Assembly: GCA_002811645.1 (NCBI GenBank)
Contig: PDIP01000003.1
Location: 628,026 to 692,025 of the forward strand
Length of the DNA stretch: 64,000 nucleotides
Reading direction: 5' to 3'
Source: Corallochytrium limacisporum Hawaii
Lineage: Eukaryota; Protista; Pluriformea
Positions 44,570-54,859 of the stretch are shown one piece after another. The notes below the pieces were generated by a model. It did not search any database and had not been told where the DNA came from. It was given only the letters and a program-made list of their open reading frames with translations. The number at the start of each line of letters is the position of its first letter. Position 1 is the first letter of the stretch. Both the position numbers and the translations under genes were made by a program.

Positions 44570-44655
44570 CGCTCCCGCTCCCGCTCTCGCTCCCGCTCTC
44601 TCTCTCTCTCTCTCTCTCGCTCGCTCTCTCTCTCTCTCTCACTCTCTCACTCTCC
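44570..44655. repeat. Interrupted (CT)n / (CCGCTC)n microsatellite
   Basis: Read directly. Confidence 0.9.
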
Positions 44656-45207
44656 GTTATGGAAAGTCACCGGGTTCTCCACCCCGCGACACCGAAGACA
44701 CGAAGCCCAGCATTCCAAGAAACGTGTTGTGTTCCCGAGCGAACGAACCGACCGAGACACGTCAACATACACACACTCGCACGCCGTGGAGCAGTGGAAA
44801 ACGTTTGCCATAGTACCGAGGCAAGGTTTCTACTTTCGGGGACAGGCTTCGGAAAAGTCGTTCCCCAAATTCGCTCACACGGGGGTTGGGGGAAGGGGCA
44901 CCTCGAGAGGTACCCCGGTGGAGTACGTTTTCTCGCTCCTGGTAGATGTGCATCTGCAAAATAACGTCCGCCTGAGTGGGTTGTTTCAATTTGTTTGCCA
45001 TATCGGAGGATCAATTGGCGAGGGCGCTCTAAGTGTGTTGTCTCCATAGCTTAAGTTGGCTGAATTACTCTTGTAATTGAGATCTGCACATGTGTTAAAG
45101 TAGGAGTAGAACGACGAGATACTTAAGACAAGTCGCATGCGATACTCCGCTAAAGCTTTCCATTTATAGGACGGGAATACTACAATATCCATCTGTCGGT
45201 GTACAAG

Positions 45208-47955
45208 ATGTTTGTACCGACTGTCCTGATCAAGGACGGCAAAGTTACCATCTCCAAAAACGATTGGAAAGCATTCGGCGGCAATACTGAGGGAGCTCAG
45301 ATTGTGCAGGATCTTGACATCGAGGAATTCGTCTCCAACCTGCTTGTACTGGGAAATATTGTCATCTGTGACACTCAGGGTGGTGCCAACAAGAATGTAA
45401 TTCTTCCCATCGTCTTTAACAACCCCGCCCGGATAACTGTCAGCGGTATCGAGTCCGTGGCTGCTGCTGTTGACTACCTCGACGCTGGTGCAAACAATAT
45501 CATTCTCAGTGACGAGGTGGTCCGTGACGAGCAGAATGCAGTGCGCAACCAGATTCCCCAGGAGCGTCTCTTCATGAGGGTAAGCAGTGTAGGCAAGGGA
45601 GAAAAGGCGTACCACGAAGTTGTGGAGGGATGGCGTATGGTTTGCGGGGGTTTTCTGGTCCCAAGCCTTGCGGCCCTGGAGCAGGTGGATCCGTCTGTGC
45701 GAACACAGGAGCGCATTGTTGTCGCTCTCGACCGGGACGTCAGCGATTCTCGCGAGTTCATGTCTGAGTTTAACAAAGTTAGCCTCAAAGCTGACCACTT
45801 GACCGGTGAGATTGTCAGTACCCGCCTGCCGGCCCTGCTAAACCCGCAATTGGCGCGTCCTGATGGCACCACTGACCGTGCCAAGAGCTCTGAGTCCGTA
45901 GACCCTGTCTATGACGATCTCTGGCGCAACGTGGCCACCTGTTATGACACACTCCTCAAGAGCGATCGCACCGACGGACTCTACACTACTCTGGTCACGG
46001 ACGAGTACGGCAAGGCTCTGGGTTTAGTTTACAGTTCTCGGGAGTCACTGTGGGAAAGCCTGAAGACGCGTAGGGGCGTGTACCAGAGCCGTAAGCGAGG
46101 GCTTTGGTATAAGGGAGATACTAGTGGCGCATTCCAAGATCTGCTGGCCGTGACGGTGGATTGTGATCGGGATTGTCTGCGCTTCACTTGTCACCAGCAT
46201 GGCACGGGCTTCTGTCACCTCAAGACCAGATCCTGCTTCGGTGACGAAGATGGCATGGGAAATGTCTTCCGTATTATTCAGAGCCGTCGAGCGCATGCCC
46301 CCGCTGGTTCCTACACTCATAAACTCTTCAACGATCCCGATCTGTTGCGAGCAAAGATTATGGAGGAAGCTGAGGAGCTTGTTGAAGCCGATGAAAGCGA
46401 AGAGGTTGCCTGGGAAGCTGCCGATCTCATGTATTTTACAATGGTTCGTGCCGTCAGCGCCGGCCTTGACCTGCGTTCGGTAGAGAAACAGCTGACGCGA
46501 CGCCGTCTACGAGTCAGCCGCCGCCCTGGTAAAGCCAAGCCCAAGTGGCTTGAGGCCCTAGGCATTTTGCCCACCGAGGAGAACGCCAAAGGTTTCCAAC
46601 CCTCTAGTAGCAACGGCACAGGTGGCAGTTCCAAGTCTCTGCCTGTCTATGACTCTAAGATGATCAGTCAAAATCAATATGGCGAGCTACTCCAGCGCCC
46701 CGCCCAGGGAACAAAGCCCGCAGTGCTTAAGAGCGTACGGCAAATTCTTAACCAGGTCCGCAAAGATGGCGACACTGGTCTGCTAGCGTGCGTTGAGAAG
46801 TTTGACCGTGTTAAACTCGACAGCGTGATTTTGCAGGTGCCCAAGGCAGAGGACGTTGAACTGGACACCAAGATCAAGGAGTCCATTGACATTGCTCTCG
46901 GTAACATCCAGCGGTTCCATCAGGCCCAGATGGACAAGGAGGTGCCTATGTCGGTGGAAACAATGCCAGGAGTTGTTTGCAGTCGTGTCAGTCGACCAAT
47001 TGAGCGGGTCGGATTGTACGTACCCGGTGGCACAGCCGTGCTGCCTTCAACGGCAATGATGCTTGGAGTTCCCGCAATGGTAGCTGGCTGCACGGACATT
47101 ACCTTCTGCACTCCTGCTCGTGAAGATGGCAGCGTGCAACCGGAAATTCTGTACATTGCTGCTCGCGTAGGAGCAGCTCGTATTGTGCGTGCTGGTGGTG
47201 CCCACGGTGTGGCTGCCATGGCCTACGGGACGACCAGTGTGCCTGCTGTGGACAAGATTTTGGGACCTGGAAACCAGTACGTCACCTGTGCGAAGATGAT
47301 GGTGGCTTCGGAGTCGAGCGGATCATTGACAGCCATCGACATGCCCGCCGGTCCCTCTGAGGTCATGGTGGTCGCTGATACGAAGGCGAACCCTGCATTC
47401 ATTGCGGCAGATTTGCTCAGTCAGGCGGAGCACGGTGTAGACTCTCAGGTCGTACTGGTTACATGTGACGGCGTGGATGACCAGCATATTTCCGAAATCA
47501 AGGGGGAAGTTGAAAAGCAGGTCAGTGTCTTGCCCCGAGAGGACATTGCACGAGCTGCCCTGGACTCAAGTTTTGTTCTCAAGTGTGAGACCGCCGAGGA
47601 AGCCATTAACTTTGCCAACGCATACGCAGCTGAGCACCTCATCATCCAGATGCAGAACCCGTCATCATACATGGACAAAATTCAGAACGCGGGTAGTGTC
47701 TTCCTAGGTCCGTACTCTCCGGAGTCATGCGGCGACTACGCTAGTGGTACCAACCATACTCTGCCCACCTACGGCTATGCTCGCATGTATTCGGGAGTGA
47801 GCACCAGCAGCTTCTTGAAGCACATCACTGCCCAGGAGCTGTCTGTTGACGGACTGAAGAATGTCGGTCCCGCGGTCGTTACTCTGGCTGAGCGTGAAGG
47901 TTTGGAGGCCCACGCAAATGCCGTCCGCGTGCGTTTGCAAGCGCAGCAGCAGTAA
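45208..47955 (+). CDS. HIS4: Trifunctional histidine biosynthesis protein (HisI-HisE-HisD)
   Basis: HisI YQSRKRGLWYKGDTSG..Q..DCDRD..FCH..TRSCF; HisE GSYTHKLF..KIMEEAEEL..EAADL; HisD GLYVPGG, GPGNQYV, DMPAGPSE, QAEHG, GDYASGTNHTLPT. Confidence 0.96.
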   Translation: MFVPTVLIKDGKVTISKNDWKAFGGNTEGAQIVQDLDIEEFVSNLLVLGNIVICDTQGGANKNVILPIVFNNPARITVSGIESVAAAVDYLDAGANNIILSDEVVRDEQNAVRNQIPQERLFMRVSSVGKGEKAYHEVVEGWRMVCGGFLVPSLAALEQVDPSVRTQERIVVALDRDVSDSREFMSEFNKVSLKADHLTGEIVSTRLPALLNPQLARPDGTTDRAKSSESVDPVYDDLWRNVATCYDTLLKSDRTDGLYTTLVTDEYGKALGLVYSSRESLWESLKTRRGVYQSRKRGLWYKGDTSGAFQDLLAVTVDCDRDCLRFTCHQHGTGFCHLKTRSCFGDEDGMGNVFRIIQSRRAHAPAGSYTHKLFNDPDLLRAKIMEEAEELVEADESEEVAWEAADLMYFTMVRAVSAGLDLRSVEKQLTRRRLRVSRRPGKAKPKWLEALGILPTEENAKGFQPSSSNGTGGSSKSLPVYDSKMISQNQYGELLQRPAQGTKPAVLKSVRQILNQVRKDGDTGLLACVEKFDRVKLDSVILQVPKAEDVELDTKIKESIDIALGNIQRFHQAQMDKEVPMSVETMPGVVCSRVSRPIERVGLYVPGGTAVLPSTAMMLGVPAMVAGCTDITFCTPAREDGSVQPEILYIAARVGAARIVRAGGAHGVAAMAYGTTSVPAVDKILGPGNQYVTCAKMMVASESSGSLTAIDMPAGPSEVMVVADTKANPAFIAADLLSQAEHGVDSQVVLVTCDGVDDQHISEIKGEVEKQVSVLPREDIARAALDSSFVLKCETAEEAINFANAYAAEHLIIQMQNPSSYMDKIQNAGSVFLGPYSPESCGDYASGTNHTLPTYGYARMYSGVSTSSFLKHITAQELSVDGLKNVGPAVVTLAEREGLEAHANAVRVRLQAQQQ

Positions 47956-48075
47956 GGCCAAAGTGAGCAACCCCCGAAACTATTTACTACATGATCTAGT
48001 TTTAATTTGAATTTCAGGACAGTCTCGTGTGCACTTTGTTCTCAACCGTCTGATGGTCTCCTTGGACAGTATGTG

Positions 48076-49653
48076 TTACAGACTTTCCAGGACCACTAGG
48101 CTCTTCCTTGCCATTTCAGTAAAGTCGTTCTCCTTGAAGTGGTGCACGATTCGGTAGAACAGACCATAGGCAGTCTCATACGCTGCACCGGCCTGTGTAT
48201 CCTCTTCGCAGGCCATGTGCAGCTGAGCAAGCAGTAGCATGATCTCGGCCGTCCGGAACGTGTGCTCTGCTTCGACGCTTGCTGTAAGCTTCCCTAGTGC
48301 ACCAACCAGCAGTCGCAGCACTCGTTTTACAACCAGCACGTACAGATCCCGCACCAGCAGGTCACTACCATGGTAGTTGATCCGGTAGACTCCGTTGACG
48401 TCCTCCTTTAGACCCATAGTCATGCATTGGTCAATCCGCAACAACTGTACACTCAGCTCGCGCGAAAGTCCAGAGCTAAGTTGCAGGTCACCGATTTCTA
48501 TTGGGGACAGTGCCCGAACAATTTCCAGTGCAATGGCAAGGTAATGCAGTTGCGTATCCGTGCGAGCCGCTGAAGCTTCTGCCGTTGTGTTTGGGGCATC
48601 TTCGGCACGGGTATGTGTGGGCCCCGTGCCACCTTCGATCTTCTCCTTGACTTGCACGTTACTATCGAATGGTTCTGACTGTTCGATAGGAAGATGGTCC
48701 ATTGCCCTGTCAACTGCATCGTGCGCCAAACCATAGATAGCTTCGAAGGCCAGATACTTCAGTTCATCATTCTCGCTCCTCCAGTCATCACCGCTGGCCT
48801 CCTTGACTATTGCAGTGATATGGGTGACATCAAGAGATATAGAAGTACTCATAGTCTCATTCATAGCGGCATCCGCAGTTTCTGTGTAAGAGTTGCCTAC
48901 CTTGTCGTTCTCTTTGTCCTGCAAAGATGATGACAGCTGCTGTTTGTCGACATTGAACAGCAGCCTTCCTATCTGCGCAAAGATGCTCTCAGAGTGGTAG
49001 AGAAACTTAAAGGGCAAATGTGAAATGGTCGTCCAGTCGGATGGCAGGGAAGTCAAGTCTGTGTTGGTTGTCTGCAAAGCCAGTGCGTGCCGGAGGACAT
49101 CTTCACTGACCTTGAGCAGCTGTTCAACACCAACCAGTATACTGAAGGTACTCAGTGTGGCAGTCCAGACGATTGCTTTGTTGCGGGTCCGCGGGTAGAG
49201 AGTCTTCAGTGTTGCACACGCACTGGCACTATCTGTGGCACTGAGATCGCTCTCTGTCATGTCTAAAAGTTCTCCAATGATATTTTCGCCGCTGATTTTG
49301 GCCTCAGGGACCTTGCCCTTCCCGTTCTCGGAGGTTTCTTCACGATTGGCTGGACATGTATGCTGAATAATGCGCTCAAACAGAGCAATGTAAATGCGTT
49401 TCTGGTCTGAACTCAGTGAATCAGCACTGACAATCTCTTTGCGCACTTTGTAAACTTCCAGGATGCATTCGGTGTCCGTGGTGCCTTGGGCTAGGTCAAT
49501 CTCTACCTCACCCACTGCACAGCCTGTGCATTCATTAGCCGCGCAGCCCGGCGCATGTTCCAACTTTGTATCTGCAGACTTTGTCCGTTTGGTAGAAGAC
49601 TGATAGGAATCCTCTACAGAACTGCTGTCCGCAGATCGTTTTGTTGCTGTCAT
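48076..49653 (-). CDS. Hypothetical helical protein with N-terminal H-x3-C-x4-C-x2-C motif
   Basis: ~525-aa ORF with HAPGCAANECTGC and a TPR-like helical C-terminus. ATG at 49653. Confidence 0.65.
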   Translation of the reverse strand: MTATKRSADSSSVEDSYQSSTKRTKSADTKLEHAPGCAANECTGCAVGEVEIDLAQGTTDTECILEVYKVRKEIVSADSLSSDQKRIYIALFERIIQHTCPANREETSENGKGKVPEAKISGENIIGELLDMTESDLSATDSASACATLKTLYPRTRNKAIVWTATLSTFSILVGVEQLLKVSEDVLRHALALQTTNTDLTSLPSDWTTISHLPFKFLYHSESIFAQIGRLLFNVDKQQLSSSLQDKENDKVGNSYTETADAAMNETMSTSISLDVTHITAIVKEASGDDWRSENDELKYLAFEAIYGLAHDAVDRAMDHLPIEQSEPFDSNVQVKEKIEGGTGPTHTRAEDAPNTTAEASAARTDTQLHYLAIALEIVRALSPIEIGDLQLSSGLSRELSVQLLRIDQCMTMGLKEDVNGVYRINYHGSDLLVRDLYVLVVKRVLRLLVGALGKLTASVEAEHTFRTAEIMLLLAQLHMACEEDTQAGAAYETAYGLFYRIVHHFKENDFTEMARKSLVVLESL

Positions 49654-50129
49654 TGCTGAATTTGTGTATGGTTTCCCAAGGCTGCTGAGACTGTTGTGAG
49701 TCTCCAGTGGCACATTGATGTCATTTAGAGTTTACTCTTAAATCCGTTCATCATATTTATTTGCCCTAGTATTCTTCGTCGTGTTTGGCACAATATGAAA
49801 CAAATTTTTGTATCTGGCCTGATGTATCAGAATACCTTATGAACATGTCCAACCCCATGAACCATGGTCTACGAAATGCTTGCGTTTGTAGGAGCAGACG
49901 ACCTCGCTGGCTCTCGACCCTTCTGCCTGTATCTTTCCTCTCCTTCTGCAGCCGAGAATTGAACTCCCCTCTGGCAGGGTGTGGAAAGATTAACAAAGGG
50001 GGGGGTTTCAGTGGTGGTACCCTGTTGGAATCGGAGAGTAGCAGGAGCTCCCGAGGCCCCCACTTACTACCCACAAATCTATTTCAAATACTATCGTAAC
50101 CCAAACGGCGTCACCAATGACATCCATTT

Positions 50130-51407
50130 CTACACCCGAATCAGATCATCAATGTCCTGCGCGAGCATCGTCTTTGTGGCGGTCACGCTATCAGTACGGT
50201 CCTCAAGCATGCGATGCACCACCTCTGCAATGGCCAACGACGAGGTCAGGCCTGGAGACTCAATGCCTAAGAGATTCAGAGCACTTGGTTTGGCCGTATC
50301 GTTCCACTCAATCGTAAAGTCCTGGGAGCCCGCACCCATCGGCAAGATTTTGGCCCGCATACCAGCATAGTCAGGTAAAAGATCTTCTTTCTTTACTGCC
50401 GGGTAGTATCTTGCAATGGCATCTGTAAAAGGTTGTTCCGGCTGGTCTGGTATCTGCAGCAGGCTTTCAACCTCCCGGTCGGCCCAGATGCCTTCTTTCT
50501 CTATCCACACTGCATCTGGACCAAATCGTACGCCACCTTCAAGATCTACAGTGGCATGTACCCCAAGACCGTCTTCCTTGCGCGTCGGAGGTACCGGATA
50601 GATTAGGTGCCGGAACGGTTTCTGTGATGCAGGTAATCGATAGTACCTACCGATACAAGCATACGACGCCCATGATGTATGGGTCACATCTTGGTGATGT
50701 GCTTCGTCAGATGAGACACACTTTGACATCTTCGCAGACGTGAGCATGTTTGCCGTCTCCGGCGCACCAAATCCGGCACAGTTGACAACTATGTCAGCTT
50801 CAATTCCGTACTCCTCCATGTCCCCATGCCCCGTATCCTGGCTGACCTGCAGATGCAGAGCATTGCCGTCCCGCAGCACCTGCTTTACTTCAGCATTGTA
50901 GATAGTATTCACACCCTTGAACTCTCCATCGGCAAGGAGGGCGAGCATTAATTCGTGGCTACTGATGATGCCAGTCGTCGGACTCCACAGGGCACCAGAC
51001 GGAGCATAGACCTCGGGTTCTACTCTTTCGAGTTCAGCAGCTGGTTTCCAGATCAGTGGAACACCGTTGGTCTTTGACGTCTTCTGAATCGCTTCCAATG
51101 CGGGACTGATGCTGTTTGGATCACTGGTTTTGTGGAAGTCCACTATGAACTTTCCAATGGCTTTGTGCGGCACCCCACGGGCGTTTGAGTAGCGGTACAA
51201 CATTTCTTTGCCCCTCTTGCACAGAAGAGCCTTTAGACTTCCTGGTTTGTAATAAATACCAGCATGAATGACTTCTGAATTACGCGAAGATGATTGCGAT
51301 CCAAAGGTGCCACGTCTCTCAAGAATAAAGACCTCATGGCCGGCAAAGGCTAGCCTACGGGCCACAGCCAGTCCAATCACTCCTGCTCCTAGCACGGCGA
51401 CCTTCAT
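50130..51407 (-). CDS. L2HGDH: L-2-hydroxyglutarate dehydrogenase/oxidase (LhgO family FAD oxidoreductase)
   Basis: GAGVIGLA Rossmann motif, SSRNSEVIHAGIYY, LIYPVP, GLGVH, FGPD, YAGMRAK, GIESPGLTSSLAIA. Start could be the upstream ATG at 51500. Confidence 0.9.
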   Translation of the reverse strand: MKVAVLGAGVIGLAVARRLAFAGHEVFILERRGTFGSQSSSRNSEVIHAGIYYKPGSLKALLCKRGKEMLYRYSNARGVPHKAIGKFIVDFHKTSDPNSISPALEAIQKTSKTNGVPLIWKPAAELERVEPEVYAPSGALWSPTTGIISSHELMLALLADGEFKGVNTIYNAEVKQVLRDGNALHLQVSQDTGHGDMEEYGIEADIVVNCAGFGAPETANMLTSAKMSKCVSSDEAHHQDVTHTSWASYACIGRYYRLPASQKPFRHLIYPVPPTRKEDGLGVHATVDLEGGVRFGPDAVWIEKEGIWADREVESLLQIPDQPEQPFTDAIARYYPAVKKEDLLPDYAGMRAKILPMGAGSQDFTIEWNDTAKPSALNLLGIESPGLTSSLAIAEVVHRMLEDRTDSVTATKTMLAQDIDDLIRV

Positions 51408-52184
51408 ATTCAAGGTGTTCGGACCGCTCTGCTCCTGTGATTTTGAACAACCTTCACTCTGATCCCATGCAAACAGCTTCAGTTTGACATAGCTTAACAT
51501 GGACCTCAAGTGTATTCACTGTTTGCTGTGAAGTTCCTCATCAGCTGGTGACCCGGGGGACAGCGACCAAACTGGCTACTCTCGTCCCCACCCCCAAAAT
51601 TTGGACCCAGTCCCGCCTTCACCGAGAGACTCGAAAATGCAAAATAGAACGGAATCAAGGGGACAGCTAGTGAACCAAGAAAATCCACCAAATTCAAGCA
51701 TTCTCCACGATAAGGGGGGCCAACCCTACACAGTGTTACCAGTACGGCGCCACAGTTCCCAATCGGAACCAGCGGCGGAGAAAAAAGTTAAGGGGGGGGG
51801 GGTTTGTTGGCGGCCGTGGTCAACCTCCGATATAGCAACGTAAACAGAAAAGCAAATGGAAGCCACGGGTGGCCGATGTGCTTTCTACCAACGCAACCTC
51901 ACTTGGTCGCACGTACGGTTACGAGTTTCTCGTCAAGGGAAGTCTGCGGCCAGAAACCTTGTGAGGGAAGGGACACAGGCCACAAGATAGTGGATTAACT
52001 GTCCCGTCCGAACGCACTGCAGGAAGGGGATGTAGTGGGTGGAATCTAAATCCCTTGCCAATGACCTTCTATCCATTGTACTGCTGTAGTATTTGAATAC
52101 AACTGATCCATAGGAGTATCTACCACCATGTATAGTTGCATGTCCAAACCATTGCTTGTAAGTGCCCATACTGGCGCAACAGAA

Positions 52185-53069
52185 ATGGCACTTCTGACCG
52201 AGTACCTGATATTGTCCAAAGCCCGTGCAGATCACTTGGAGGAGGTCAAAAGTCTGAACTTATGGGGTAATGAGCTCTCTGATATCACTTTATTGCGGAA
52301 GATCCCCAATGTTGAGGTTCTGTCTCTATCAGTGAACCACATTTCCACTCTCGAGGATTTTTCACATTGTCCGAAACTGGTTGAGCTGTATTTGAGAAAG
52401 AACAATGTTCGTGACATCAACGAGGTGTTGCATCTCCGTGACCTTGAGAATTTGAAAGTGCTCTGGCTCAGTGATAATCCTCTGGCAGAGGCAACAGACT
52501 ATAGGCCGACTGTGATTCGCACACTCCCGCGGCTTAAAAAATTGGACAACAGGGCCGTAACAGAAGAAGAACGCACGTCTGCACAACTGGAAGGACGGGA
52601 TCTAGCCAGCGGATCACTACAGAACGATAACATTGGAAACAGTAGTTCACGGACTCCCGGGGAGACAGACTTCGTACAACAATCTCAGCGGCCTGCTTGG
52701 GAAAAAGATAACATAGAGGACCTCAAGGGCACTATTAGGGCGGCTGCCTTCAATGACGCACAGAACAGTTCTGCTGTTATCAACGGCCAAGTGCCTTCCG
52801 CTGTTGACGCATCGACCGTTAAGCAAGTCGATGTGGTACACATCGGCGTCGCATCGGGTGCCACCACAGCATCCCCGGCACCAACACCTTTGAAGTACAA
52901 GAATGCACAATCGTTAGCAGGAAGTATACAACCTTCCTTGAGTCCCAGTGCAAAGTCACGGAATTCTAATATTTTGTATGCTGTTCTCAGCCTCTTGAAT
53001 GAGCTGGACCACCGCAGCTTACTGATTGTAGCAGACGACGTCCAACACAAGCTAACGTCCCGTCCGTGA
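52185..53069 (+). CDS. CFAP410: CFAP410/C21orf2-like leucine-rich repeat protein
   Basis: VKSLNLWGNELSDI, VEVLSLSVN, LVELYLRKN, LKVLWLSDNP, LPRLKKLDN..VTEEER and C-terminal SNILYAVLSLLNEL. Confidence 0.9.
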   Translation: MALLTEYLILSKARADHLEEVKSLNLWGNELSDITLLRKIPNVEVLSLSVNHISTLEDFSHCPKLVELYLRKNNVRDINEVLHLRDLENLKVLWLSDNPLAEATDYRPTVIRTLPRLKKLDNRAVTEEERTSAQLEGRDLASGSLQNDNIGNSSSRTPGETDFVQQSQRPAWEKDNIEDLKGTIRAAAFNDAQNSSAVINGQVPSAVDASTVKQVDVVHIGVASGATTASPAPTPLKYKNAQSLAGSIQPSLSPSAKSRNSNILYAVLSLLNELDHRSLLIVADDVQHKLTSRP

Positions 53070-54322
53070 GGAGTGAACGTTCGCCACGCACTACAGGCCA
53101 CTATTCATTGGATAAAGAAACATTACAGTAGTACAAAACTGTGAGACACAAAGAGAATGACGGATGATTCCACTGTATATGACATGGATACAAAACCTGT
53201 TGGCGGTGAAGCCAACTCTTTGAAGACTCAAATCCGATTAGAGCATCTTTGGGAGCCTCCTTTTCTCCCTTGTCCCTGGTCGTTTCGGCCGAAGCTGCAC
53301 CCAACCGTGCCCCTCTGCCCCGTGTCTCCGTACCTCCGTCGTGGACCGACGTTCCACACCTCCACACCCCGCCGTGTGTGGACGAAGCCTATATCAATAC
53401 GCCGCGCCCCTTTGCTCCTTTCACTTTCCTTGCCCGCGGCCTTTTTTTTTTTGCTCTCCCTTCACTCTCCCTGCTCGGTTCCCATTTTTTTTTCTTTTCA
53501 AGGTCCGTTTCAGCGATATTGTGATCCGACGGTATAGAGCGTGGTCGGTGCCAAGCAATTTACTATGGAAAGTGTTTCATTGTACACAATACTTGGCTCT
53601 GTCTGGTTACCCCACCAGCGAACGAGGACAAGACAAAAAGCAAGAAATTCGCGCCGGGTGGTCCGACCGGGGAAGACGGGTGGTAATAAAGGATCCGTCT
53701 GAGTCTTATTTACGTTTGCTGGTTGACCCCCGATATTTGGGAATTGGTTCACTCTGATAGTATACGTCCTGGCTTGTCGAGGTTCGGCAATGCTAGCGCT
53801 ACCGCCGGTACCAATGCAGGAAAAACATTTCATTTCCCCCCTCCCTTCCCCCTCTCTCGCGCAAGGGCGCCCCCCCGAAGGGGGTAGTTGCCTCTCCTTT
53901 CTAGCAGCAGGGAGTGTTCGCTTTCAACCCCTCACCCTTCAAACCCCTGGAGGGGTGGTTGGTTGCTGGAAGACATCTTAGGGATTCGTTACTGCCCCGA
54001 GCACGCAGTTGTCTTCGCAGGGGGAAAAGGCAGGGGGGGCGGACGTGAGGGAAAGGAACGGCTCACCCAGTGATACTGCCGCATGACAGAGAACGAACAT
54101 GAAGTCGACTTCATGAAAACATTTCTTTGGTTGCAATTTTTTTTAAATTTATGTTGAAAACGGCACGAGTCCAAAATTGTTTTGGAGGGTTCGGTTTTCA
54201 AACCACCCGGGATTAGGGCAGGGGATCGAGTAGGTATTTCAATGAATCCGGGATTGCATCTGAGTAAGATCTCCATCTGAACCTAAGCCTACTATGTCTA
54301 GTACAGAACGCTACCAATCATC

Positions 54323-54859
54323 ATGAGCTTTTACAAAATCATTGTTACTGTATCTATTGCCATTATCGCAACATGCAATGCCATGGCTGCTCCCAGCCAA
54401 GGGCGTCGCCAAGCGACAGCGACCCAAACAATTACATTTGTGAATAAGATGAAAAACACACTAAACACCGATGTCACGTTGGGTCTAGTTCTCCCCTCGA
54501 AGACCTCAGCCATCTTTTATGATAATCAGTGGGACAGCAACTCCCAGTATCAATTGCCCGCCAATACTACTGTGGAATTCGAAATGTATCCTTATTGCAA
54601 TACGGATACTACGATTGCATTCAACGCTTTGCAAGACAACACCAGTTCCCTAATCTCCATTGTGACTCTGTTCACCATAGCCACGAGCTCTGATACGCTT
54701 TGTTTGCTTTCAGCGGAGGCCTTTGAAGGTGGTGATCCAGGAGTTCTACCCGCCATCATGTACTCTGTTGAGCCTCAGACCCTCTGGAACACAGGTCCTA
54801 CGGTCTACATCTGCACAAAAGATGACTATCTCTACTATTTGAACAGTTGCAACTTCTAG
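54323..54859 (+). CDS. Orphan secreted protein (paralog A)
   Basis: Signal peptide, RR|Q site and 4 Cys; aligns over its length with 56753..57316. Confidence 0.85.
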   Translation: MSFYKIIVTVSIAIIATCNAMAAPSQGRRQATATQTITFVNKMKNTLNTDVTLGLVLPSKTSAIFYDNQWDSNSQYQLPANTTVEFEMYPYCNTDTTIAFNALQDNTSSLISIVTLFTIATSSDTLCLLSAEAFEGGDPGVLPAIMYSVEPQTLWNTGPTVYICTKDDYLYYLNSCNF

